Below are positions 54,907-64,000 of a stretch of 64,000 bases of DNA, in pieces. Each line of letters opens with the position of its first letter. Position 1 is the stretch's first letter. The position numbers were made by a program, and so were the translations under genes. The stretch is taken from IMG/VR virus record IMGVR_UViG_3300038441_001119, positions 124,001 to 188,000 of that record. One strand, 5' to 3'. The notes under the pieces are model-generated. The model was not told the DNA's origin. It searched no databases and saw only the letters and a list, made by a program, of their open reading frames with translations.

Positions 54907-57768
54907 TTATTTACGTGCGTCGTGAACCACTTCCAGACGATCAACTTTCATGGTCCCCACAGAGGTGATACCTCCTGCTTTTTCTTTCGCTTCTTCTTCT
55001 TTGGTTTTCTTATCCAGCCACTGACGAATCGCATCAATACCTCCTTTATCGGCTCCCTTGATCATGTCGTCAGTAATCTTGATGCCAGTTTCTTTCTCCA
55101 GCATCGTCTTGTTGTCCTTCATGAAGTTCTGCTCCCAATGCCATCTGGCGTCCGAGTTCATCTGGACACCTTCTTCACCTCGGTAAGCACGACGGAGGGC
55201 GAGCTTGGCAGACTCGTCACCACGTACGGCAAGTCTACCGAGCTTGGACATCATTCTGTCGCCGCCTTCTTCGTTGTAGCCGAACGTAGTTTTACCGCCG
55301 AACTTCCACATCTGTTTGGTACGCACCAGCATCTCCTCACGCAGCTTAGCCGACTTCTCCGGGTCACCGAAAGCTAGGGTGTTACGTTCGGAGTCCGTAA
55401 GGTTCTTGCCAGTGATGTAGGAATAGTAGTCACCAAGAGATTGTTTACGGAGATCCCCCTCGTACTGCTCGTACTGTGACTCTGACATTAGTGTCATACG
55501 GTTGGTGTCGCCTTCCAGCATTTTAGTCCTGAAGCCCGCAGCTCCAAGTGCCTTCATGATCTCGGTAGCATTACCGGTTCCATTAAGGATACCATTCAGA
55601 CCTTTCATGTCCCCTACAGAGAGACCGAGAGCGCCCATGAATTTAGCATCTTTGCCGAACAGATCTCTTTGGTTGTCGGAGAATCTCAGGCTACCTACTT
55701 TCTCATCAAGAGCAATACCACCCATAGCCGCACCTTTGGCTGCCGCATACCGGAAGACTTCGTTCTCCGACAGAGAAGCCGTGCCTCCCGATACGAGGTT
55801 ATCGAAGATTGTCTGCTGAATACTGGCTTTGCCTGCGGCTGCATCGCCGCCGATCTTAGCTCTCTGAATGGAATTGAAGGCGGCATCCTTCTGTCCCTGC
55901 AGTAGTGCCTCTTGCGTAATAAAATTCTCTCCATTACCATGCGCAGCCCATTGGGCTTCACCCATGGTAAGAGCAGAAGACAGTTTACCCAGACCTCCCA
56001 TATCACCGGCGACAAGGGCAATCTGACCCATCACGTCGTCAATGGATGAACCACTTCGGGCAAGAACTTCAGCGCCGTCACCTGTAGCTAGGATCTCACG
56101 GACACGAGCCATATCACCTGCAGCAATGGCACCACGGATGGTATCCATCTTCTCTCCGCCGAAAGAGCCGAGGAGTGTTTCCAATAACCTGCCACCGTTT
56201 TTCTGGAAGCCTGCGAGAGTCTTGTCGCCTGCTACGTTTTTGGCAAGATGCTGGAAGCTGAGACCTTTCTGGAAGCGCGTCTGCTTGATGATACCTTTGG
56301 CGTAGGCTTCTCCGTGGACACTGTTGGAGATACCTGCGATAAGTTTCTCCGATGAAATGTCCAAGCGACCATGTGGTGCCATTAGACGTGAGGCATTGGC
56401 AAACGCCTGCGCACGCTCACGTGGATTCTTGGCGTTCTCCATAGCTTCCACAGCTTGCCTCATTTCAGGCGTATCGAAGCGACCGGGATCCTCAGTCATT
56501 CTCCATCGCATTTCCAGACCAAGTCGAGTCTCCTTCTGCATAGCGATTTGACCACCTTCCTCAGCCGACCGTTGAGTGAAAGTTTCTGGAGTTACGGTAG
56601 GGCGATATAGACCCTGCCTTGTAGCATTACCCGCCCAGCCTAAAGTAGACTTGTTCTGAATAGTCGCCAAGATGGCAGTCTGCATCGCAAAATGACTGCT
56701 ACCGACACCAAACCCTGCTTGCTGATAAGCTACCTGCGCTCCAGCAGCTCTTTCGAACATTACCTGAGAGTCAACCCCAGACGCAGCAGCGTGGTCCTTC
56801 AGCGCCTGTACTTTGGCGGTCATAGCTCGAATACTGCCTGCAGAGCTGCCTCCAGTGATACGACGGCTGATATCCAGAGTCTCGAACTCGGAGATCTTGC
56901 CATACACATCAGCCAGTGCATCTGTGAGTTTGAAGAAGTCAGTGATCTTCTCGCCTGTCTTCTCAATATTGTCCTTGATGGCTGTGAACCCCATGTTGGT
57001 GTTCTTAACGTTGTCCAAGGACTTCACAAGACCACTAAGACCAGCTTTACCAGCTCGGTTACTCAGCGAGTCAATACCAGCTGATAGTTCCGCGTCAGAC
57101 CCACCTCTGCGAAGGAGGTCGTTGACCATGTTGGACTCAGAGATACGGTTATTGTGTCTGAGATCCGAAGATGCATCCGAAAGGCGGTCTCTGAGCGACT
57201 TGGAACCAAAGGTGAACATTCGCTCACCGGCAAAGGCTCCATCAGCCGAGAGAGCCTGCATTGCGCGGGAAATCTGTGTAGGGTCGCGACCTTGGGTTCG
57301 AGTCGAAATACCGAAGCCATTCTGGTTGTAGAAATGGTCCGTCATCCGGTCGTAGAACATCTTAGCCATGGCGTCATTGGCGGCACCACCTCCGGAGATC
57401 ATCCGAGTAGTGTTACCCATGCCCATGTACATACCTGCATTCGGCAAGGATTGCTGAACGCCATATGCAAGGTCCACAAATGAACCTGATCCCATCATGC
57501 CCTGCAAAAGGGAGGAACCAAACCTGACATTAGCTCCACCAGAGGAGTAATGCAAATAGTCATACATCCGGTTGGCATTTTTAGCGCCAATACGGGCTAG
57601 TGCGGCCTGTCTCTCCATAGCTCGTACACGCGGATTGTTCATCTGCGCGTACTCCATCAGGTTCATCGACGAGTTCTTGCGAACATCCGCTTCCCATTGC
57701 CCGAAGGGATCGGGATTGAACCCACCCCCGGCATACCCACCTGAGCCACTGGCGTTATATTCGAACAC
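54907..57768 (-). CDS. Tail tape measure protein
   Basis: 953 aa, A/G/M-rich and helical; directly after the chaperone pair. Confidence 0.7.
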   Translation of the reverse strand: MFEYNASGSGGYAGGGFNPDPFGQWEADVRKNSSMNLMEYAQMNNPRVRAMERQAALARIGAKNANRMYDYLHYSSGGANVRFGSSLLQGMMGSGSFVDLAYGVQQSLPNAGMYMGMGNTTRMISGGGAANDAMAKMFYDRMTDHFYNQNGFGISTRTQGRDPTQISRAMQALSADGAFAGERMFTFGSKSLRDRLSDASSDLRHNNRISESNMVNDLLRRGGSDAELSAGIDSLSNRAGKAGLSGLVKSLDNVKNTNMGFTAIKDNIEKTGEKITDFFKLTDALADVYGKISEFETLDISRRITGGSSAGSIRAMTAKVQALKDHAAASGVDSQVMFERAAGAQVAYQQAGFGVGSSHFAMQTAILATIQNKSTLGWAGNATRQGLYRPTVTPETFTQRSAEEGGQIAMQKETRLGLEMRWRMTEDPGRFDTPEMRQAVEAMENAKNPRERAQAFANASRLMAPHGRLDISSEKLIAGISNSVHGEAYAKGIIKQTRFQKGLSFQHLAKNVAGDKTLAGFQKNGGRLLETLLGSFGGEKMDTIRGAIAAGDMARVREILATGDGAEVLARSGSSIDDVMGQIALVAGDMGGLGKLSSALTMGEAQWAAHGNGENFITQEALLQGQKDAAFNSIQRAKIGGDAAAGKASIQQTIFDNLVSGGTASLSENEVFRYAAAKGAAMGGIALDEKVGSLRFSDNQRDLFGKDAKFMGALGLSVGDMKGLNGILNGTGNATEIMKALGAAGFRTKMLEGDTNRMTLMSESQYEQYEGDLRKQSLGDYYSYITGKNLTDSERNTLAFGDPEKSAKLREEMLVRTKQMWKFGGKTTFGYNEEGGDRMMSKLGRLAVRGDESAKLALRRAYRGEEGVQMNSDARWHWEQNFMKDNKTMLEKETGIKITDDMIKGADKGGIDAIRQWLDKKTKEEEAKEKAGGITSVGTMKVDRLEVVHDARK

Positions 57769-57774
57769 GGTCTA

Positions 57775-58233
57775 TTAACTGGTCACGGATTTCTTGGCAT
57801 CCTCTTTGGCTTTGGCTTCCTCGGCTTTAGCTTCTTTGAGATCTTGCATGATACTACGAATATCGTCTTCAGTAAAGGATTCGGAGTCGTCGCCCACAAT
57901 GTTGTGTTTCGAGAGAACCTTGTGCAGGTTAATCATCTTACCACTACGAGACATTGGGTTGAGGGCCTCCAGACCTTTGAAGTTAAATGCCTTGGCTGCA
58001 GAGATGTAGGAAGCCGCCTCCACAACTTGATGCATCAATTCAGCGCGACCCTGCGCATCATTGGAAGCAGAGACTAGACGCGACGTTAGGTCGAACCGTA
58101 ACTGATGGGTCCGTGCAACATCTTCAGCAGCCATTACGCCAAGAACTAGTTCCTGACGTACGATGGACCGAAAACCTTGAGGGTAGTCTGGAGGTATTAG
58201 TGAGTTATCCCGCAGATAGGCTGCCAGCATCAA
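57775..58233 (-). CDS. Tail assembly chaperone, T segment (-1 frame extension)
   Basis: Frame is open back to the slippery site at 58254..58260. Confidence 0.6.
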   Translation of the reverse strand: MMLAAYLRDNSLIPPDYPQGFRSIVRQELVLGVMAAEDVARTHQLRFDLTSRLVSASNDAQGRAELMHQVVEAASYISAAKAFNFKGLEALNPMSRSGKMINLHKVLSKHNIVGDDSESFTEDDIRSIMQDLKEAKAEEAKAKEDAKKSVTS

Positions 58234-58955
58234 CTGATACCTGCGGTCGGCCAGAAATTTTGCTTTCGCAGGTTGTCGTTACAGATCTTCTCTTTGGCAT
58301 CAAACATACGGACAGCCATGGTGATAGCATTCCACTTAACACGGTGAACGTTACCGTAGGTGTCATCCACATGCTTCTTGAGTGCCTTGTGCTGTGCCGT
58401 GAAGTTACCTGTTGGACGTTGGAACAGCATTGAGGTATTGCCGAACTTCTCGACTTGGAAAGAGGCGATGTAGTATTGCAGGCGGGTGTAGTACCCCTCG
58501 ATACCTATGATCTCTCCTTTCTCACGCTCTGTTTTCAAACATTGATAGATGAAGTCCTCTTCTCCCATGGTACGAGAGCGAACTGTAATCTTCACCGTGT
58601 CAAAAGGTTCAACCGTGAGCCGGAAGGTCGTGTCATTCAGGAGCGCCTTGATATACAAATCCTTCTCCAGATCCGTAACGTCAATAGTTCCCAGATCAGG
58701 GAGCTTCTCCTCGAAAGTGATATGGTTACTTACCGTGGGAACATCCTTATCAAAATCATGATGTGTAGGGGACTCGATAAACTCGGCTTCTTTGGCTGCC
58801 TCTGGGGACGAGGTGATTGCCTCCAAGTCCTCTTTATCCAGTTGACTGTTATCGATAAGAACCTCGTTATCCGAAAAGAAGCCTCCTTTTTTAGCTGAAC
58901 CGCGCACGAAATTAACAACGTCGTCGCTGGTTACGTCTTGTAATTCTTCACTCAT
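58230..58955 (-). CDS. Tail assembly chaperone (G-like)
   Basis: Acidic; ends KQNFWPTAGIS with in-frame A-AAT-TTC heptamer; upstream of the tape measure. Confidence 0.65.
   Translation of the reverse strand: MSEELQDVTSDDVVNFVRGSAKKGGFFSDNEVLIDNSQLDKEDLEAITSSPEAAKEAEFIESPTHHDFDKDVPTVSNHITFEEKLPDLGTIDVTDLEKDLYIKALLNDTTFRLTVEPFDTVKITVRSRTMGEEDFIYQCLKTEREKGEIIGIEGYYTRLQYYIASFQVEKFGNTSMLFQRPTGNFTAQHKALKKHVDDTYGNVHRVKWNAITMAVRMFDAKEKICNDNLRKQNFWPTAGIS
58254..58260 (-). other. Programmed -1 frameshift heptamer A AAU UUC
   Basis: X XXY YYZ in the correct phase; the -1 frame reads FLADRRYQLMLAAYL into 57775..58233. Confidence 0.7.
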
Positions 58956-61330
58956 TAAGGTCTCACTTTCCGCTTTGTAGGTCTAGATGTCAAGTCAGTT
59001 TGATTCCAAGTATCTTCTGTCGATGGTTTATCCAGAACCTCACCTGCGTCGAACGGATGTATCTTCTCTTCGGTGTTGTTCTTACCGGGCCACGGAAGGG
59101 AGCTGGCATCAGTTCTGATCTGATTCTGAAGGTGGTCGTCCGAGAATTCCCATTCTTCATACTCACTATAGTCACTATCCTCATCCGAGTGCGTCTCGAT
59201 ATAGTCTTGGGCGTGTGGAAGATGCAAGGCATCCTCGGAGTCCTGCTCATACTGATGGTGGGCATCATCGTTGTACTTCCACTCGTAACCAGCCGCAACC
59301 TCCTGAACTGTCTGCTTGAGACGTTCATTGATGTCATTCTGGATGTTCTCAGAGTTGCCGTCTCCGTTGATGGAGATGTTACCCGGTCCCCCGACACGGA
59401 TGTGGTTAGTGTGAGCCGGGTCACCTTTCGAGATAGCAGGTCCGAAGATGTTACCGCCAACACGCAGGGTGTCTGCGACAGCCACCTTCTTAGCAAATGA
59501 AGCGTTACCGGAACTATTGATCTTGAACTTGTCACTTACGATGAAGTCACCTGATGGACGGAAGAAGGCGTCATTACCGTTGAACTGGAAGTCTCTGGTG
59601 GCGACACAGGTAATGTTACGCTTACTGTCCAATTTGATCAGTTTCTTACCATCCAAGATGATCTTCTCTCTGGTAGCCGTCAGACCAATGTCACCCTTCT
59701 CGGATTCCGCCAAGATGTCCTTGTTAGCGAGTATGGTGAGGCTGTGTTTAGGGACGTCAATGAAGACACCTGTCTTGACACTGTTCTCGCCTCCTTCTCC
59801 AGACTCACTGGTAGACTCAGTGTCTTCCTCAGCGTCGGACTTGATATACACAGTTCCCTCTTCCGAGAGTATGTTCATACCTTTCCGGGCTTTCAGGAAC
59901 ATATCCTCTTCTACAGAGGTGATCTCAACGGTCTTACGGGCTTTCTGGAAGATGTTATTGGCTACAACCACGAAGTCGCCGCCACAGTCAACGTGGACAT
60001 CCCTAGGAGCCGAAATCTGCACGAACCCGCGTCCCATGTAGACGGAAGAGCCGTATCCATCCATCAGAACAATAGAACCGTCACGGAAGATACGGATAGT
60101 GCTGTAGGTCTCAATGTACACCAGACCTGAATTGGTCTTGCGTTTGTCCTCTTCCCAGTTGTTTGGATCTGGTGCCGGGGTATCCTCTTCTGTAGCAATC
60201 TCGAAGTCTTTCTTGAGCTGACGGAAACGCTCCAGTGATTTGAAGTTCGACAGGTAACGTGCATACTCCCTCATCTGGTAAGCCATGTCCTGCGGAGTAT
60301 CTCCTTCTTTCCAAGTGCGGATAGGTTCAGTGTCCAAATCTTCAAAGTCTTCCGCCTTGTCACCCTCTGGGTCGTAGTGGCGCTTGAGTCGTTTGGGTAC
60401 GAGCTGACGACAGACGCGTTCGAGGACGATCTCCCCGGTAGTGCGCTGCAGGAAGGAGCCGTCGGCATTTACGTGGTGACTACCTTTGCCCGTCAATATA
60501 GCTGATGCCGAGCGTGCTGGCTCTTTGATGAACTCATGGATGAAGTCGCCAAGCCATCCTTCATACTGCCTGTAACGATCTTGGAAGTTATCCACGATGT
60601 CTTTCTCGTGGTTGTACTTCACCTGATTCTTTTTGGTAGCAGCTTTTGGCGTCTTTGCGGACAAACGGTTACCGGTCTCGTGTTCGTAGCTATTAAGTGA
60701 ACGCTCCACATTAACCCTACCGTCATTATAGATGTCCTCTGAACCAGCAGAGTGGAAGTGCTCAAAGTTCTCGCTGATGACGCGCACCATGTCGCGCAGC
60801 AGATGCGTCTCAATCTTGGCCTTGTCGCCAGATTTCATCATCATTAGGTTATTCAGGAATAGAAGACCCACGCCGAATGCGTTGGATAGGTCGAACTCAC
60901 CTTCCAAAATGTCACCAGTAGTCAGAGCATGGAAAGTACCTGCGGTTTTACCATAAACTTTACTCTCTTTACGGGTGTAAGAGCCGGTAGAGGTCTTAGC
61001 ACCCCCTGCGACCATATCGCCGGGTTCAGTGGGGAGAGCCTGAATGACAAACGACGTATTACCATATAGCACAGCCACACGCCCGCCCACTGGTGGAACT
61101 GTTTTAATCTTGAAGCCGAGTAGGGGCGCCATGATAGCTCCTGCGGCCCAGTAAACGTTCTCCAGCGTTGCAGCAGGGTTGTCTGTACGAATAACGCAGT
61201 GACCTGACGCAGCATTAACGCTAACAACGGTTCCTGTGTATATTTTACCCACATCAAAGAGGGCATTGCCGGAAGCATTCATTACTCCAGCCTGTTTGAC
61301 CGCTGCTACACCTACAAAGTCGTCTGACAT
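58955..61330 (-). CDS. Baseplate hub/spike protein (gp5/VgrG-like)
   Basis: N-terminal OB-fold (GTVVSV...PPVGGRVAV); DGSIVLMDGYGS and beta-helix strands; HTNH tip. Confidence 0.7.
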   Translation of the reverse strand: MSDDFVGVAAVKQAGVMNASGNALFDVGKIYTGTVVSVNAASGHCVIRTDNPAATLENVYWAAGAIMAPLLGFKIKTVPPVGGRVAVLYGNTSFVIQALPTEPGDMVAGGAKTSTGSYTRKESKVYGKTAGTFHALTTGDILEGEFDLSNAFGVGLLFLNNLMMMKSGDKAKIETHLLRDMVRVISENFEHFHSAGSEDIYNDGRVNVERSLNSYEHETGNRLSAKTPKAATKKNQVKYNHEKDIVDNFQDRYRQYEGWLGDFIHEFIKEPARSASAILTGKGSHHVNADGSFLQRTTGEIVLERVCRQLVPKRLKRHYDPEGDKAEDFEDLDTEPIRTWKEGDTPQDMAYQMREYARYLSNFKSLERFRQLKKDFEIATEEDTPAPDPNNWEEDKRKTNSGLVYIETYSTIRIFRDGSIVLMDGYGSSVYMGRGFVQISAPRDVHVDCGGDFVVVANNIFQKARKTVEITSVEEDMFLKARKGMNILSEEGTVYIKSDAEEDTESTSESGEGGENSVKTGVFIDVPKHSLTILANKDILAESEKGDIGLTATREKIILDGKKLIKLDSKRNITCVATRDFQFNGNDAFFRPSGDFIVSDKFKINSSGNASFAKKVAVADTLRVGGNIFGPAISKGDPAHTNHIRVGGPGNISINGDGNSENIQNDINERLKQTVQEVAAGYEWKYNDDAHHQYEQDSEDALHLPHAQDYIETHSDEDSDYSEYEEWEFSDDHLQNQIRTDASSLPWPGKNNTEEKIHPFDAGEVLDKPSTEDTWNQTDLTSRPTKRKVRP

Positions 61331-61336
61331 ACAGCG

Positions 61337-61364
61337 ACAATACAGAAAATACCCCTAAAGTCAA
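61337..61364 (-). promoter_or_regulatory. Sigma70-like promoter, probably leaderless
   Basis: TTGACT-N16-TATTGT, 6 nt before ATG 61330. Confidence 0.55.
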
Positions 61365-61372
61365 TAAATAGC

Positions 61373-61399
61373 AAACCCCATCCCTTGTGGGGATGGGGT
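61373..61399 (-). terminator. Rho-independent terminator after tail tube
   Basis: ACCCCATCCC-CACAA-GGGATGGGGT followed by TTGCTATTT. Confidence 0.75.
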
Positions 61400-61424
61400 C
61401 GCACTCCTGTTATGGAGGGGTTAA

Positions 61425-61862
61425 TTATTTGGCTGCCATATCGGCAACCTTAAGATTGATTGTTTCTTGGATGGTGGTTTCACCAGCGGCGATATTGAAA
61501 CCGACCGAAGTGATAGCAGCACCAGTAAAGACCAGACCACCGCTACCGCAGACGCACTCATTTCCCTCTTTGAGGTCGATGGAGATCGTCTTGATGATTC
61601 CACACTTGGAGCCTTTCCAACCCGAGAAGAAACCATTACATCCGACATAACGTCCGATGTTTAGCGTTCCTTCCGCGTTACCGAAGCCCCAATACACACT
61701 GGCATCGCCAACCACCGCAATCGAGTCGATCCGACGACCGTACTCACCACGGATGGATTGTACAAGTTTACCGCCATCACCTTGGGTGGTGAGGATCGCA
61801 TACTCGGGAGCGGCGAATTGGGCGTCCGCCTTAACTTCCCTGTTGATACCGAAGAATCCCAT
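61425..61862 (-). CDS. Tail tube protein
   Basis: 145 aa, beta-rich; immediately after the sheath gene; own terminator. Confidence 0.75.
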   Translation of the reverse strand: MGFFGINREVKADAQFAAPEYAILTTQGDGGKLVQSIRGEYGRRIDSIAVVGDASVYWGFGNAEGTLNIGRYVGCNGFFSGWKGSKCGIIKTISIDLKEGNECVCGSGGLVFTGAAITSVGFNIAAGETTIQETINLKVADMAAK

Positions 61863-61878
61863 ATACGTGAATTATAGA

Positions 61879-64000
61879 TTAGAGAGTGAGACCTGTCACG
61901 GCTTCAAGTTCCACAGCCGTCACATTGTTCGGCACAGGGACTTCAAGTTTTGCTTTAACGAGAATCCGATCTTTGAACTTCGGATGAACTTTGACGGTGA
62001 CCGCTTCAAGTTCGCTGTTCTCGTCTGCGAAGGCGATCAGCTGAGGACCAACTTCCGAGGTAGCGTCTGCCATCGTTGCGCTCTTAAGGATTTCGAATGC
62101 CTTATTGCGAACCCATGCCAGCGTAGTTGCATTGACGTTCCGGCGTCCGATAACGGGGTCGATTTCGTCTTTGAACTGGAAGGAGATACTGTCGACGTTG
62201 GTTCCAACCGAATCTTCGTAGTAGAGGATACCGTCGGAAACATCCGTGGTCAGCTGGTGACGGATGAACACTTCACCACCTTCGAGTTCTTGGGTGATGA
62301 TGAACACACCGTTTGCAGCAGCGCGGTCAAGGTCAGCAGTCTCGTACTTGGAGTACATGAGAGGTGCTTCGACCACCGAGGTGATTTCCGTCTTCGAGAG
62401 ACCGATCCAAGGCACTTGAGCGCAACGGAGGCCAGCCACTTCACAAGCAAGGTACTTGTTTGGAATAGTGACGTATTCACCGTAGACATCGTAACCTAGA
62501 CCGTTGTCGCACCAGACGTTAACTGCGCGGCGGTTGTTGACGAACTTCGAGCGATTGATGATGTAGTCGATTTCGTTGTCGACGTTATCTTCTTTCGTGA
62601 TCACGACTGCGACTGGTTCAGCGATAGCAACCGCTGGACCGGTCGTCAGAATGATTTCCGTGTTCGAAACCACCGAACTGACTTTGTAAGTTCCACCGTC
62701 GATTGTGAGGCTGTCCCCATTAGCAACCAGAGTCGAGAGATTCTGAATTGCAGCGGTGAAGGTCACGAGGCGGTTACTACCTGCGTAGTCGGTAACGGTT
62801 GCGAGGTATGGGTTACCAGCGGAATCTTCGTCGATGATGTTGTAGGCTCCCGGATTGTCAGTACCGAAGTAGCAACGGCGGAAGTTCTTATGAGTCTCAT
62901 CGGACATCACCGAGCAGTGGTCGGCAACCGCTTTGATTGCACCAATGTCAGAGGTGAGGATTGCCAGAGCGTAGACGAGGTCATTGCGCTCAATCTTCTT
63001 GAGGGCTGCGACGTAGTCTGCGCGAGAGTAACCGTTCGTGCGAAGAGCGTAGACTCGGGTGTTCTGGGAACCTTTACGAGCACTGTAGACACCGTAGGCG
63101 AGGTCGTTCTGGATGTCGATACGTCCAAGCTTATCTTCGAAATCGCTTTCGTCGATGATGACTGCTTTGTCGCTCACCGAAACCGGAACCACTGCACGCC
63201 AGCTGGCTTTCAGTTCACCAATTCCATCAAGGAGGGTGATGTACTTGTATCCAGTGCTGCGGGCGGCTTGGTAGAGAGTGAGACCAGCTGCGTATTCCAG
63301 AGTGGAGGTTTCAGAGTCAAAGGTGAACGGGTTACCGTAGGCGAGGTTCGTTGCGAGATACTCACCAGTGAAGACCCGACGGATCTGAACTTCAAACTCA
63401 GCGTCTGTTTCACCAACCGCGAACTTGACTGGACCATCGAGGATCAGACCGTTGAATTCCGTCGCGGACTTGGCAGCTGCCTTGACTTTGATATAGAACA
63501 CATCGTTACCGCGAAGACCGGAGGCTGCGAGGGTGTTGAGGCTGTCGAACCTAACCGAGATACCCGAGGAACCGAGCGGGATGACTGTAACACCCGTGGA
63601 GGCGACGTTGTGGTCAGCAGCAGGAACCGCACCGAGTTGGTCGTAGATGGTGACCACCGCAGGACTTGCAGTGCCTTTACCAGTCTTGACCTTGATGTAG
63701 AGAGTATTGTCAACTTCACCGACGTAAGCCGAACCACTGTTTGCAGTGATCTGGGTCGAGAAGTTAGCTGCGCCGTAGACAAGGTTCACTTTGACTACGA
63801 ACTGTTCACCAACCGTAGGATCAACCGCACCGTTGGTCATGTCATAGACGAGGACTGCAACGTCTGGGAGAGTGATCGTGATGATATAAGCGCCGCCACC
63901 AGAATCGGTGATTGCGTAAGTACCAGAGCCAGTCACTTGACCGTTCGAGGAAGTGAAAGTAACCGTACCAGTGTCAGAGCCGGAATCAACCGTTGCCACC
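61879..64000 (-). CDS. Tail sheath protein (5' truncated)
   Basis: YLACEVAGLR; GVFIITQ; IRHQLTT; NVDSIS; VPVPNN sheath C-terminal motifs. Confidence 0.88.
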   Translation of the reverse strand, partial: VATVDSGSDTGTVTFTSSNGQVTGSGTYAITDSGGGAYIITITLPDVAVLVYDMTNGAVDPTVGEQFVVKVNLVYGAANFSTQITANSGSAYVGEVDNTLYIKVKTGKGTASPAVVTIYDQLGAVPAADHNVASTGVTVIPLGSSGISVRFDSLNTLAASGLRGNDVFYIKVKAAAKSATEFNGLILDGPVKFAVGETDAEFEVQIRRVFTGEYLATNLAYGNPFTFDSETSTLEYAAGLTLYQAARSTGYKYITLLDGIGELKASWRAVVPVSVSDKAVIIDESDFEDKLGRIDIQNDLAYGVYSARKGSQNTRVYALRTNGYSRADYVAALKKIERNDLVYALAILTSDIGAIKAVADHCSVMSDETHKNFRRCYFGTDNPGAYNIIDEDSAGNPYLATVTDYAGSNRLVTFTAAIQNLSTLVANGDSLTIDGGTYKVSSVVSNTEIILTTGPAVAIAEPVAVVITKEDNVDNEIDYIINRSKFVNNRRAVNVWCDNGLGYDVYGEYVTIPNKYLACEVAGLRCAQVPWIGLSKTEITSVVEAPLMYSKYETADLDRAAANGVFIITQELEGGEVFIRHQLTTDVSDGILYYEDSVGTNVDSISFQFKDEIDPVIGRRNVNATTLAWVRNKAFEILKSATMADATSEVGPQLIAFADENSELEAVTVKVHPKFKDRILVKAKLEVPVPNNVTAVELEAVTGLTL

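Noticed and set aside
43628-64000. Extracellular contractile injection system or T6SS locus
   Set aside because: The same contig carries terminase, polymerase, primase and helicases, so this is a phage tail module
1-64000. Stop-codon reassignment (TAG stops are rare)
   Set aside because: Core genes are full length under the standard code, and TGA/TAA stops coincide with coupled starts

Overview
A 64-kb segment of a large (probably jumbo) contractile-tailed dsDNA phage genome. It is densely coded, about 50% GC, uses the standard code, and lies almost entirely on the minus strand. From right to left: a tail/baseplate module (sheath, tube, gp5-like hub/spike, G/GT-type chaperones with a -1 slippery site, tape measure, wedge proteins) with a phage sigma factor; a plus-strand primase/helicase-like gene; an accessory or counter-defence block (MYG1-like nuclease, CoaB-aldolase fusion, macrodomain, Apyc1-like MBL hydrolase, BCS1-like AAA ATPase); four beta-helix paralogues; a plus-strand terminase; SbcCD; a stand-alone Cas7-like RAMP; SF2 and DnaB helicases; primase; UDG-fused PolA; an SSB-like protein and RecA. 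The main unexplained signal is at the protein level. Nine proteins from about five unrelated families, at three separate loci, all end in the same stop-anchored motif, phi-[TDE]-E-E-[YFM]-[VIT]-[FW]-[VI]-COOH (for example EPITEEYVFV). The motif is encoded with varying synonymous codons, which points to a shared C-terminal docking, sorting or adaptor tag. Other notable items are an orphan RAMP with no array, a 24-aa peptide with its own promoter and terminator that ends in a clamp-binding-like motif, a free-standing peptide resembling the RNR CxxC tail, and a repeated GTGCTATATA promoter-like motif followed by structured leaders. All family calls come from motif recognition by eye; no searches were run.
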